A stretch of DNA of 64,000 nt from Calditrichia bacterium. GTDB taxonomy: Bacteria; Calditrichota; Calditrichia; JAJRVZ01. The notes under the pieces were generated by a model, which was not told where the DNA came from, ran no database searches, and worked only from the letters and a program-made list of their open reading frames with translations. The stretch covers positions 32,001-96,000 of the forward strand of contig CAVZSQ010000022.1 of the NCBI GenBank assembly GCA_963777955.1, read 5' to 3'. Numbering within the stretch: the stretch's first letter is position 1; each line of letters starts with the position of its first letter. Positions 32,153-42,564 of this stretch are shown here, piece by piece. Position numbers and translations under genes: made by a program.

Positions 32153-32771
32153 GGGCCGTCGCCGGGTGCGAGACCTCCGTGTACCGGGCGGCCTCCTCGT
32201 CGGCCTCGCCGAAGACCTCGCGACTCGACGGGCCGCCGGGCCTGCCGGTGTACCGGGCTCGTGGAGCCCGTGCTCCAGGACGGGACCGGTGAGGGCCCAC
32301 GCGGTCGGCTCTCGCCAGCGTCGCGATCTGGGTCGAGTGGTAGTCCTCGGCCTCCTCCGCGGTCATGCGCTGGTCGAGCGAGTACGCGTCGCCGCGGGGC
32401 CCGACGATGCCGACGAACATCAACGCAGGAAGCTGATCGTCGTACGGCCGGCCGACCTCACGCAGGAAGTCGATGGCGCGCAGCTGCATCTCCTCCAGCG
32501 CGGCCGGCGAGTAGCCGAGCCGGGTCGCCCAGTCCGGGCTCGCCCGGTAGTCGAAGCCACCCATCAGCGCGCCGAACCCATGGGCACAGGCGGTCTCGAG
32601 GTAGCGCTCGTACATCGCCCGCAGCTCTGCGACCGCTCGGGGGTCGTCGAGCAGCGGGAACATGGCGAACTCGGGCAGCTCGAACCCGAACTCGTACATG
32701 ATCTCGGTCTCCTGACCACCTTCGGTCAGGTACCGCAGACCATCCTGCTGCTGCGGGAAGGAACCAGCCAT
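32139..32771 (-). pseudogene. Homocysteine S-methyltransferase family, N-terminal half only
   Basis: YLTEGGQETE...LPEFAMFPLL...RASPDW...VGPRGDAY...AEDYHSTQI; homology stops near 32305. Confidence 0.7.
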
Positions 32772-32895
32772 CTCACACCCCCGATGCGCCGTTGCATGAG
32801 TCTCGTGGATGAAGCCGCCCGACGCCGATCAGGACGTTCGAGGCGACACGATGGGGGTCGAGTACCGCCAGGCGGGCCTGCTCCGGAGGCGCCGC

Positions 32896-34186
32896 TCAGC
32901 CGACGTTGATCGAGCGCCCGGCCCGGTCGGTGGCGGTGACCGTCGGCGCCTCGTGGGGGCGCCACGCCGGTCGGGCCAGCGCCATCTGCACGACGCTGAT
33001 GGCCCGTTCGTCGAACGCCGCCTCGCAGTAGCAGAGGTAGAAGTCCCACATCCGCACGAAGCGCTCGTCGAGGCCCATGGCGTCGAGGGCGCTCTCGTCG
33101 TCGTGGAGGTTGGCCCGCCAGCGGCGCAGGGTCTCGCCGTAGTGCAGGCCGTAGTCGTCGACGGCGGTGACGGTGAGGTCGGTGACCCGGCTGATCGACC
33201 GGACGATGGCCTCCATCGAGGGCAGGCAGCCGCCGGGGAAGATGAACGCCTTGATGAAGTCCTGCGTGTTCTTGGCCCGCTCGTAGCGCTGGGGCTCGAT
33301 CACGATCGCCTGCAGGGCCATCAGCCCGTCGGGGCGCAGGAGGCGCCGGCAGTGGCCGAAGAAGGTGTCGTGCTCGCGCCAGTCGACGGCCTCGATCATC
33401 TCGATGGAGGCGAGCTTGTCGTAGGTGCCGGTGAGGTCGCGGTAGTCGTCGTGCAGCACGGTGATGCGGTCGGACAGGCCCTCGCGGGCGACCCGCTCGG
33501 TGGCGTAGGCGTGCTGCTCGGCCGAGATCGTGGTGGTGGTGACCCTGGCGCCGTAGTGGCGGGCCGCGTGCACGGCGAAGCCGCCCCAGCCGGTGCCGAT
33601 CTCGACGACCCGCTCGTCGGGGCGCAGGTCGAGCATGCGGCAGAGCCGGTCGAGCTTCTCCTTGGAGGCGTCCTCGAGCGGGGCGTCCCAGGTCGGGAAG
33701 ACGGCCGCCGAGTACATCATCGTGGGGTCGAGGAAGTGCTCGAAGAAGTCGTTGCCGAGGTCGTAGTGGGCCCGGATGTTCGTGCGGTCGCGGCGCTTGT
33801 CCTGGCGGCGGAGGCGGCGCACGGCGTCGGTGGCCGGGCCGGTGACCCGCTGGATCGGACGAGCGCTGGCGGTCGGTGCGGCGGGTGGCCCGGCTGAGGA
33901 TGCGCAGCACCGAGGTGAGGTCGTCGGTCTCCCACAGGCCCTCGAAGTAGGCCTGCCCGAGCCCGGCGCTGCCGCCGGTGGCGACCAGGCGCCACGCCCG
34001 GGGGTCGCGCACGATCATCTGGCCGCGGAGCGCGGGGCGGCCGAGCTCGTCGGGGCCGTCGTCACCGAAGCGGTGGGTCTGATCGGGCTCGACGATGTCG
34101 AGGCGGTCGACCACGAACCGCCGGGCCAGCCCGAGGACGATCAGCCGGGCCGCCCGGTCGATCGGGTCGTCGTGTCGCGGCGTCAT
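32896..34186 (-). CDS. Cyclopropane-fatty-acyl synthase-family methyltransferase (UfaM-like; frameshift near 33860)
   Basis: NIRAHYDLGNDFF, MMYS, EIGTGWGG, SIEMIEAV, FIFPGGCLP, YLCYCEAAF. Confidence 0.92.
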
Positions 34187-35079
34187 GGACGGTCCACCTT
34201 CCCTCTGGGGCCGGCGACGATGACAGGGCGCTCGGGGCCGGTGCGGTCGGGGTGCGGGAAGAACGGTACGCGCTTGGCGGCGAGCGCGACGGCGTGAGCG
34301 TGGATCCCGAGCCACACCTTGTAGGTGGCGAACGGATGGTCGAGCAGCGTTCGGGCCATGAACGCCCTGGTCAGCGGCTCTGCGGCGGAGGGCGAGGTCG
34401 GCGTCGAAGACCTTCGTCGGCTCACCTTCGGGGCCGTCCTCGAAGGTCTCGAGCCGCAGCCAGAGGTGGGGACCGGGCGCGGTGCACGTGAGCCGGTAGG
34501 TCTGGTCCATCGGCATGAACGGCGAGACGTGGAGCGCCTTCGGCATCTCGGCGTGGAGGCGGCCGCGCTCGTCGAGGTGACCGACGGCGAACGGGGCCGG
34601 GAGCGCTCGTCGGGTCGGCGCCGGGCCGGGCGTCGACGACGTAGCAGTGGCGCTCGTGCCACGGCGTGCTGGTGACCTCGAGCACCACGACCTCGAGAGC
34701 GGGGCGCTCGTCGTCGCTCGGTGCCGGGGGCGAGGCAGTAGTGCACGGTGATCGGGTTGAAGACGTAGCCCTCGGTGCGGACCTGGGTGAGGGTGCGCAC
34801 GGGGCCCAGCGGCCGGCGGCCGGTGCGGGCCTCGACGAGGTCGCGGACCGAGGTGCCGAGCGGGGTCGAGGCGTCGCCGTCGAGGTAGTCGGTGCGGCGG
34901 TAGTGCACCGGCCACCAGGGCTCGGGCCCGAGGGCGCCGCCCCGGCGGCGGGGGCCGTCGGCCCGGTCGAGCTCGTCGTGGTCGAGCAGCACGAGGTACA
35001 GCGAGGTCTTCAGGGTGTGCGGCTTCGGGGCGAGCCGCCGGTGGCGCGTGGCGCCGGTGTAGATGGCTCCCGCGGTCAC
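34183..35079 (-). CDS. DUF1365 protein (UfaO-like; frameshifts)
   Basis: HRRLAPKPH, GYVFNPITVHYC, EVTSTPWHERHCY, KALHVSPFMPM. Confidence 0.88.
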   Translation of the reverse strand: MTAGAIYTGATRHRRLAPKPHTLKTSLYLVLLDHDELDRADGPRRRGGALGPEPWWPVHYRRTDYLDGDASTPLGTSVRDLVEARTGRRPLGPVRTLTQVRTEGYVFNPITVHYCLAPGTERRRAPRSRGRGARGHQHAVARAPLLRRRRPARRRPDERSRPRSPSVTSTSAAASTPRCRRRSTSRRSCRWTRPTGSRAPRPVPTSGCGSRPSRTAPKVSRRRSSTPTSPSAAEPLTRAFMARTLLDHPFATYKVWLGIHAHAVALAAKRVPFFPHPDRTGPERPVIVAGPRGKVDRP

Positions 35080-36361
35080 AGCCCGGTGCCGAAGTGGCGG
35101 CACACGTCGAGGGCCGAGACCACGCCGTCCTCGTGGAAGCCGTAGCCCCAGTAGGCGCCGGCGAAGAAGGTGCCCCTGTCGCCCTGGATCTCGGCCCGGC
35201 GGCGCTGGGCGGCCATCGCCGCGCCGTCGAAGACCGGGTGGTCGTACTCGAACTCGGCGAGCACGGTGGAGCGGTCGATCTCGTCGGCCCGGTTGAGGGT
35301 GACGAGGAAGTCGTGGTCCGACTCGAGGCGCTGGAGGTTGTTCATCCAGTACGTCAGTGTGGCCTCTCGGCCCGAGCCGACGCCGAGGTGGTAGTTCCAG
35401 CTCGCCCGGGCCCGCGGCTCGCGGGGGAGCAGGCGGGCGTCGGTGTGGAGCGTGGCGATGTTCGGCTGGTAGCGGATGGCGCCGAGGATGTCGCGCTCGG
35501 CCGGGGTCGGGTCGCCGAGCAGCTCGAGGCTCTGGTCGGAGTGGCCGGCGAGGATCACGCGCGTCGAAGGTCTCGGGGCCGTGGGTGGCGGTGACGACCT
35601 CGACGGCGGTGCCGAGCGGGCGGTCGGCGTCGACGGTGCGCACGACCTTGGTGACCGGCGAGTCGACGCGCACCGGCTTCGAGAGGCGGGCGGTGAGGGC
35701 CTTCACGTACTGCTGCGAGCCGCCCTTGACCGTGCGCCACTGGGAGATGCCCGGCAGCTCGAGCAGGCCGTGGTTGTCCATGAACCGGCAGTAGGCGGCG
35801 GCGGGGAACTCGAGGAAGGTCTCCGGGTCGGCCGACCAGATCGAGGCGCCGAGGGGCACGAGGAAGTCGTCGCGGAAGCGCTGCGAGTAGCCGCCCTGCT
35901 CGATGAAGTCGGCGAGGGACACCGTGTCGTCGCCGCCCTCGGCGACCAGGCGCCGGGCCCGCCGGTTGAAGCGCAGGATGTCGATCAGCATGCGGGTGAA
36001 CGACGGCTTCAGCAGGTTGCGAGCGCTGGGCGTAGAGGGTGTTGAGGTTGGTGCCCCGGTACTCCATGCCGGTGAGCTCGCTGCTCACCGAGAAGCTCAT
36101 CTCGCTGGGCTGGCTGGCCACGTCGAGGCGCTCGAGCAGCTTGATGAAGTTCGGGTAGTTGCGGTCGTTGAAGACGATGAAGCCGGTGTCGACGGCGTGG
36201 TGCTGCAGGGTGCCGTCGGGACCGGGCAGCTCGACGTCGACGGTGTTGGTGTGGCCGCCGACCCAGGAGCCGGCCTCGAAGACGGTCACGTCGTGGTCCG
36301 GGTCGAGCAGGTGGGCGCAGACGAGCCCCGAGATCCCGGTTCCGACGATGGCGATCCGCAT
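35076..36361 (-). CDS. FAD-dependent oxidoreductase (UfaD-like; frameshifts)
   Basis: IAIVGTGISGL, GGHTNT, VDTGFIVFNDRNYPNF, SEMSFS, ASWNY, GAYWGYGFHEDG. Confidence 0.9.
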
Positions 36362-36488
36362 CGAGCCTCCTGTGTGGTGCCGACGGGATCGCCGGACGGG
36401 GGGATGTAGGGGAAGTGAACGCCTTTAGTGCTGATTCATTCCCAGCGGGTGGCTACGCCATGACTACGAGGCCGGCCCCGTCGACGGA

Positions 36489-37488
36489 TCACCGGCATCG
36501 GTCGGGGTCGGTGGCCGCAGTGGCACGCTGCTCGCACCACGCCCAGAGCCGGGCCCGCTCACCGGGGGGCGTGTGGGTCCACGGCACCTTGGTGGCGCTG
36601 CGGCGGCGGCGGTCGAGCCAGAACCCGCCGCTGGCCCCGAGCTCGGCGGCCGGCGCCGCCGGCCATCCAGACCAGGGTGTCGGCCCCCTCGTCGGGGCTG
36701 CGCAGGATCGGCCGGGTCAGCGAGTGGAACCTCGGCAGGCTCTCGACGACACCAGGGGTGTCGGCCCACCCCGGGTGCAGGGCGTGGAAGGCCACCGAGG
36801 CCGGGCCACGGCGGGCCCACTCGGCGGTGAGCTCGACCTGCGCCCGCTTGGCCCGGGCGTAGGCCCGCACGCCGTCGTAGTCGTCGGGGCCCATCTCCAG
36901 GTCGTCGACGTCGAGCCGCTCGGCGTACATGCCGCCCGACGCCATGGTGAGCACTCGCCCGGCATCGGCGGCCTCCAACTGCGGGAGCAGCAGCGTGGTG
37001 AGCAGGAACGGCCCCACGACCTGTGCGGCCACGGTGGTCTCGATGCCCTGGGGCGAGGTGGTTCGCTGGCGGGTGAGCGCCCCGGCGTTGTGCATCAGCA
37101 CGTCGACGTGGTCGTGGGCGGCGACGATCTCGGCGGCCAGCCGGCGCACGTCATCGAGGTCGGAGAGGTCGGCCACGCTGGTGGTGACCTGCCCGCCCGA
37201 GCCTCGGAGTGCGGCCGAGGCGTCGCGCACCTTGTCGGGGCTGCGGCCCACGAGGTGGAGGTGGGCGCCGAGCCCGGCCAGGCGCTCGGCGGCGGCGAGC
37301 CCGAGCCCCGAGGTGAATCCGGTCAGCACGATCACCCGGTCGTCGAGGCGGGGGAGCGGAGCGTCGTCCCACCGGTAGAGGCGGCGGCGGGCGAGGTAGC
37401 CGAGCCGGCTCCAGCTCGGCGCCACGGTGAGCTCCATGGCGGCGTCGACGAGGCCGGCGAAGGGGACGGGGTCGGGTCCGGTGGCCAC
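36489..37488 (-). CDS. SDR oxidoreductase (DHRS12-like; 3' frameshifts)
   Basis: TGFTSGLG, HNAG, SGGMY, YARAKRAQV, HPGWADTPG. Confidence 0.88.
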
Positions 37489-37490
37489 GC

Positions 37491-38361
37491 TCAGGAGGCC
37501 CGGAGTCGGGTGCCGGCCAGGCGGCCGAACACTTCGATCAGCTCCGGCGCGCTGGAGGTGACCTCGTCGGCGCCGAGGGCCTTGCCCGCGGCCTCGTCGG
37601 GAACCCCCTGCCCGCCGAGCACGACCGGGCAGTCGAGGTCGCGGTGCACGGCCTCGATGGCCTCGGCGATGCTGGCCTCGTTGTCGCTGCTGGTGGCGCT
37701 GATGCCGATGCCGACGAGGCGGTCAGCGCTCAGCCCGGCGTCGACGAACGACGATGCCGGGCTGTCGGCGCCGAGGTCGATCACGGAGAACCCGGCGCCG
37801 CGGAGCAGGTCCGCGGCGAGGGCCACGGGCACGCCGTGGTGGTCGCCCGGCGGGGCGCCGACGACGACGGTGCCGCGCTTGCGGCCCCGCCGCGAGAAGC
37901 GGGGTCCGAGCCGGCCGATCAGTCGGAGCATGACCACCGACGCCCGATGCTCCTGGGCGACCGAGACCCGGCCGGCGGCCCAGTCGTCGCCGATGCGGGC
38001 CATGGCCGGTGAGAGGACCTCGAGGTAGATCTCCTCGGGGTCGACCCCGGCGGTGAGCGCGTTCTCGATGATCGCCCACGACCCCGGCCTCGTCGCCGGC
38101 GAGGAGCCGGTCCTCGAGGCGCAGGTGGTAGTCGTGGCGCCGGCGCCGGCCCTTCCCGGGTCCGCCCGCCGGCGGTCCCCCCACAGCGGCGGCGCCGGCC
38201 GCGCCCGAGCGCATCGCCTCGACGTCCGAGGTCGCGACGCGCCACTCCGAGCCGAGCTTGGTCGCGGGAAGACGACCGGTTCGGACGTACCGGTAGGCGG
38301 TCATGTAGTGGACGCCGAGGAGCTCGGCGGCCTCGGTCAGGGTGATGGTCTCGTTGGGCAC
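37491..38361 (-). CDS. Excisionase-type HTH + B12-binding regulator (CarH/LitR-like; frameshift near 38082)
   Basis: LTEAAELLGVHYMTAYRYVRTGRLPA; W-x9-EH (WAAGRVSVAQEH); GDHHGVP; DLGADSP. Confidence 0.85.
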
Positions 38362-38518
38362 GGCACCTCGAGAACCGTTCGGGGCCGGATCGACCGGCCA
38401 TTCAGCACTGAACGTACCGCACCGGGGTGGCCGTCCGGCGGGTCGGAGGGCCGTTTCCTCCGCCCGGATCGCCGGTGGTCCCGTGGGGCACGACCGGCGC
38501 CGGTACGGTGGCCTCCGC

Positions 38519-39442
38519 ATGTCCACCAGCTTCCGTCCCCAGGTGGCCGCCGCCTTCGAGGTCCTGGCGGAGGGCCTCGCCCCGTTCGTCGACGCCCGCA
38601 TGTCCGCGCTCGACCCCGGCGAGGACTGGATCCTCATGGCGGCGAGCAAGCTCGGGAAGCGGCGCGACGTGCTCGTGTCGATCGTCGATCCGCACTTCCA
38701 GCTCGAGGTGATCAACCGCTGGTGGGGCCCGGCGTTCTCGCCGGTGCTGCCCGAGTCGATGCGGCCGGTGGTCACCGACCTGCGCACGGCGCGCAACCAC
38801 TGGGCCCATCCCGACGCCGACCACCCGTTCGACCGGGCCTACGCCCTCGACGTCCACAAGTGGGCCGAGGAGCTGTTGCGGGCGATCGGCGCCCCCGAGG
38901 CCGACCAGCTCGGTGAGTTGGCCGAGGCGGTGCGATGGGAGTCGCTCTACGAGACCGCCCGGGAGTCGGGCCAGCCCGAGGCCGAGGTGCTGTTCGAGGA
39001 GCTCGTGCGCCTGGAGTCCGAGCAGGCGTCGCTCAGCACCCAGCTCGCCGAGGCCCGGGAGGCCGCCACCACCGCTGCCGGCCGATCGCGGGCGATCTCC
39101 CGGCAGCTGGCCGAGCTCCAGGCCCAGTACGCGGCCGTGGCCGGTCTGCGCGACGACTACCTCGCGCTCCAGGCCCAGCTCGACACCGAACGGTCGGTCC
39201 GCGACGCCGACGAGCGTGACACCGGGGAGCTGCGGCAGCGCCTCGAGCGCACGGCCGAGTCGTCCGAGCGTCTGGCCGCCGAGGCCGAGGTGCTCCGCGT
39301 CGAGCTCGAGCGCACCCGCGAGCAGATGCGCGAGCTCGACCCCGTCGACACCGAGATCGGCCGGCGATGGATCTGGCTGGTCACCGCCATGATCGTGGTG
39401 CTGGGCGTGCTGATCGCCCTGATCGGCTACACCCCGCGCTGA
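38519..39442 (+). CDS. Swt1-like HEPN domain + coiled coil + C-terminal TM protein
   Basis: LAEGLAPFV...DPHFQL...W..F...LRTARNHWAH..F...LLRAIGA; long helical region; WIWLVTAMIVVLGVLIALIG. Confidence 0.75.
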   Translation: MSTSFRPQVAAAFEVLAEGLAPFVDARMSALDPGEDWILMAASKLGKRRDVLVSIVDPHFQLEVINRWWGPAFSPVLPESMRPVVTDLRTARNHWAHPDADHPFDRAYALDVHKWAEELLRAIGAPEADQLGELAEAVRWESLYETARESGQPEAEVLFEELVRLESEQASLSTQLAEAREAATTAAGRSRAISRQLAELQAQYAAVAGLRDDYLALQAQLDTERSVRDADERDTGELRQRLERTAESSERLAAEAEVLRVELERTREQMRELDPVDTEIGRRWIWLVTAMIVVLGVLIALIGYTPR

Positions 39443-39483
39443 GCTCCTGGGGCCGAGTCACCCTGAGTCGCCCGGGTCGTGGG

Positions 39484-40416
39484 TCAGGAGCGGAGCGTGC
39501 GCCCGGCCATGCGGGACACGAGGGCCGTCTTCTCGGCCAGCTCGTCGTCGTCGAGCACGCCGGCCCGGTGGAGCTCGACGATCGCCCGCATGAGCGACCG
39601 CTCGTCGAGCTGGGCGAGCACCGGCATCGCGACGGGTCGCAGCTTCAGGATGGCGTCCCGGGCAGCTTCGGCGGCCTCGGGCCGCAGGCCCTTGATCGCC
39701 ATGTCGGTGCCGTTGCGGGTGCTCACGAGGAGCACGGCGCTGGTGAGCCGGCGCTGCACCTGCACGTCGGTGATGTCGGCGAGGGCGAGCGTGCGGCGCA
39801 GGCCGTTGTGGCGGTCGCGCAGCTCCAGGCGGTCCCTCATCACCACGAGCTGGTCGCCGAGGCGGTCGATGTCGGTCGCCAGCACCGTCGGGCGCAGCTC
39901 CATGACCGGCTGCTCGTGCTTCGGCCGCTGGGCGGCGGCCGCAGCGAGCACGCCGGTCGTCACGCGGGCCGGTCCGCCGGCGGGGACCACGACGCCGGGG
40001 GGCGGGACGCCCACGGGGCGATCGTCGGCGCCGGCGTGATGGTGGGGGTCACCGGGATCGCTCCCCGCCAACGGCATCGGCCAGGGTCCGGAGGAGGGCG
40101 GGGTCGAGGGAGGCGGTGGTGTCGGCCCGGGCCCTGCGGATGGCACCGAGCCGGCGGCGACCGCGACGGGCGTCAGGTCGAGCGGTTCGGCGACGGGCGG
40201 GGGTGGCGGGAGCGCGGCCGGCGGATCGGGGATCACCAGGAGCCGGTCGTCGGCGATCGGGGCCCGCCGGGGGACCTCGAGGCCCAGGGCGCGGGCCGCC
40301 GCCTCGCTGCGGAGGGGCGCCACCCTGGCGGCGTCCTGACGGGACGCGGCCTCACGGGCGGCGAGTTGGGCGGCGAGGTGGTCGTCGTCATGGATCGGAT
40401 GGGTGAAGTCGGCCAC
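39484..40416 (-). CDS. Hypothetical protein: Pro-rich N-terminus, PH-like and SHOCT-like C-terminus
   Basis: TLALADITDVQVQRRLTSAVLLV...; ELHRAGVLDDDELAEKTAL. Confidence 0.6.
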   Translation of the reverse strand: MADFTHPIHDDDHLAAQLAAREAASRQDAARVAPLRSEAAARALGLEVPRRAPIADDRLLVIPDPPAALPPPPPVAEPLDLTPVAVAAGSVPSAGPGPTPPPPSTPPSSGPWPMPLAGSDPGDPHHHAGADDRPVGVPPPGVVVPAGGPARVTTGVLAAAAAQRPKHEQPVMELRPTVLATDIDRLGDQLVVMRDRLELRDRHNGLRRTLALADITDVQVQRRLTSAVLLVSTRNGTDMAIKGLRPEAAEAARDAILKLRPVAMPVLAQLDERSLMRAIVELHRAGVLDDDELAEKTALVSRMAGRTLRS

Positions 40417-40477
40417 GCTTGTCTCATCGGCGTCCGAGGGCCGATGATTGAGCGTCGTCTCACCCAGGAGCCTCCCG

Positions 40478-40726
40478 ATGACCGATGCCGTGCAGCCCGA
40501 CGTCCCCGAGCAGGACGGCCTCGCCGAGCCCGAGCTGCCCCAGCTCGACATCGAGGGGGCCCGCCTGCTGGCCAACGAGGCCCGCGATCGGCTCCACGCC
40601 GACGGCTTCACCGACGACCAGATCGACGCCTGGGTGCGGGTCTACTTCGAGCAGGAGCACGAGGGCACCGTCGACGGGTTCATCGCCTTCATCGCTGCCG
40701 AGCAGGCCGCCGGCCGCCAGTCCTAG
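40478..40726 (+). CDS. Small acidic hypothetical protein
   Basis: AGGAG RBS; 82 aa in a GC3-biased frame. Confidence 0.65.
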   Translation: MTDAVQPDVPEQDGLAEPELPQLDIEGARLLANEARDRLHADGFTDDQIDAWVRVYFEQEHEGTVDGFIAFIAAEQAAGRQS

Positions 40727-40754
40727 GCGGCCCTACCGGGGAGGAAAGCCCTGG

Positions 40755-41411
40755 TCAGGACGGTCGTAGTCGGCCCACGAGGGCCGGCATCGACGACAGG
40801 ACCTCCACATCGAGCACCCCGGTGAGGAAGCTCCGGTTGCGACGGTGCAGGTCGTCGGCGGGGTCGAACCGGTTCAGCATCACGAGCGGGGTGGCCACGT
40901 GGGCCCCCGTGTCGAGCGCCTCCAGGCCGAGGCGCACACCGTTGATCGTGCCGAGCCCGGCGTCGGCCACCAGCAGCACGACGATCGGGCTGCAGCTCCT
41001 CGATGAGGGTGACGGCGTCGCCGTCGGCCGCCAGCGGCGAGCGCACGCCGCCGGCCGTCTCGACCAGGCCGACCTCGGGCCCGGCACCGGCCAGGCCGTC
41101 TCCAGCACCAGGTCGGCGATGGTGAAGGGCGGCCGGCCGAGCACGTCGGCGGCCATCGGCGGCGCCATCGGCACGGTGTACCAGCGGTGCTGCGGGCACA
41201 CGTCGGTGGGGTCCTCGCCGGTGGCGCCGCCGAGCACGTCGGCGTCGGTGGTGCGGTCCTCGGGGCCGAACGACTGGGCCGGCTTGCGGGCGGCCACGGT
41301 GTGGCCCTCGGCCCGCAGGTCGCGCAGCAGGTGGGCCGACACCCAGGTCTTGCCCACCTCGGTGCCGGTGCCGACCACGACGATCAGCAGCTCGGGGCGG
41401 GCGCCGCTCAC
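40755..41411 (-). CDS. bioD: Dethiobiotin synthase (frameshifts)
   Basis: GTGTEVGKT, KPAQS, VETAGGVRSP, GLGTIN. Confidence 0.9.
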   Translation of the reverse strand: MSGARPELLIVVVGTGTEVGKTWVSAHLLRDLRAEGHTVAARKPAQSFGPEDRTTDADVLGGATGEDPTDVCPQHRWYTVPMAPPMAADVLGRPPFTIADLVLETAWPVPGPRSAWSRRPAACARRWRPTATPSPSSRSCSPIVVLLVADAGLGTINGVRLGLEALDTGAHVATPLVMLNRFDPADDLHRRNRSFLTGVLDVEVLSSMPALVGRLRPS

Positions 41412-42564
41412 GGTCGACCTCCGACGGGCTGGCCCAGGGCGTCGAGCGCCCGGGCGAGGGCGTCGACCTGGGCGTCGGTGTGCGCGGCCGACAGCGCGAC
41501 CCGCAGCCGGCTGGTGCCCGGCGCCACCGTGGGCGGTCGGATCGCCGGGACGAGCAGCCCCTGCTCGAGCAGCGCGGCCGAGGCGGCCATGGCGCGGCCT
41601 CCTCGCCGAGCACGACGGCACGATCGGGGAGGGGTGACCCGGGCGGAGCCGCTCGACGTGGCCGCGCAGCCGGGCGCGCAGCGCGTCGCCCTCGGGCGAG
41701 ACGCAGCGACGCCGACCGCGGCGAGCGCGGCGGCGGCGTCGGCCGGGCTGAGGGCGGTGGTGAAGATGTAGGTGCGGGCCCGGTTGACCAGCAGCTCGAC
41801 GTAGCGGTCCGGGAACCGGCGACGAAGCCACCGAGCGCGCCGAGGGTCTTCGACAGCGTGCCGACCTGGAGCACGGACGGGCCGTCGGTGGAGGTCACCG
41901 GGATCGGGCTCGAGCACGGCGTGGGCCTCGTCGAGCACGAGCAGGGCATCGTGGCGGGCGCAGATCTCGAGCAGGTCGTCGACGGGGGCGACGTCGCCGT
42001 CCATCGAGAACACGGAGTCGGTCACGACGACCGGCGCTCGGCACCCGGCTCGGCCAGGAGCGCGTCGAGCTGGTCGAGGTCGCCGTGGCGGTACACCGCG
42101 CAGCTCGGCCCCGTGGCGCGGGCCAGGCGGCAGCCGTCGATGATCGAGGCGTGGTTCAGCTCGTCGGAGCGGATGCGCACCCCGGGGCGGCCGAACGTGG
42201 TGAGCACGCCGAGGTTGGCGGCGAAGCCGGTGGGGAACAGCCGCGGCCGCCTCGGTGCCCTTCCAGCCGGCGAGCGCGGCTCGAGCTCGTGGTGGACGGG
42301 CCGGGACCCGACGATCAGGCGCGCGGCGCCGGCACCGGTGCCCCACCGGTCGACGGCGGCGATGGCGGCGGCCATCACCGCGGGGTGCTGGGAGAGCCCG
42401 AGGTAGTCGTTCGAGGCGAACGACACGACGTCCTGGCCGTGGCGGTGAGGCGCGCCGCTGGGCCCGGCCGCGTCGAACGAGCGGGGCTCGCGCCACTGGC
42501 CGGCGGCGTGGATGCCGTCGGTCTCGGCGTCGACCCAGCGCTCCCAGGCGCCGCCGGGGCTCAC
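41408..42564 (-). CDS. bioF: 8-amino-7-oxononanoate synthase (frameshifts)
   Basis: FASNDYLGL, SDELNHASIIDG, VFSMDGD, DEAH, TLSK, AIRPPTV. Confidence 0.92.
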
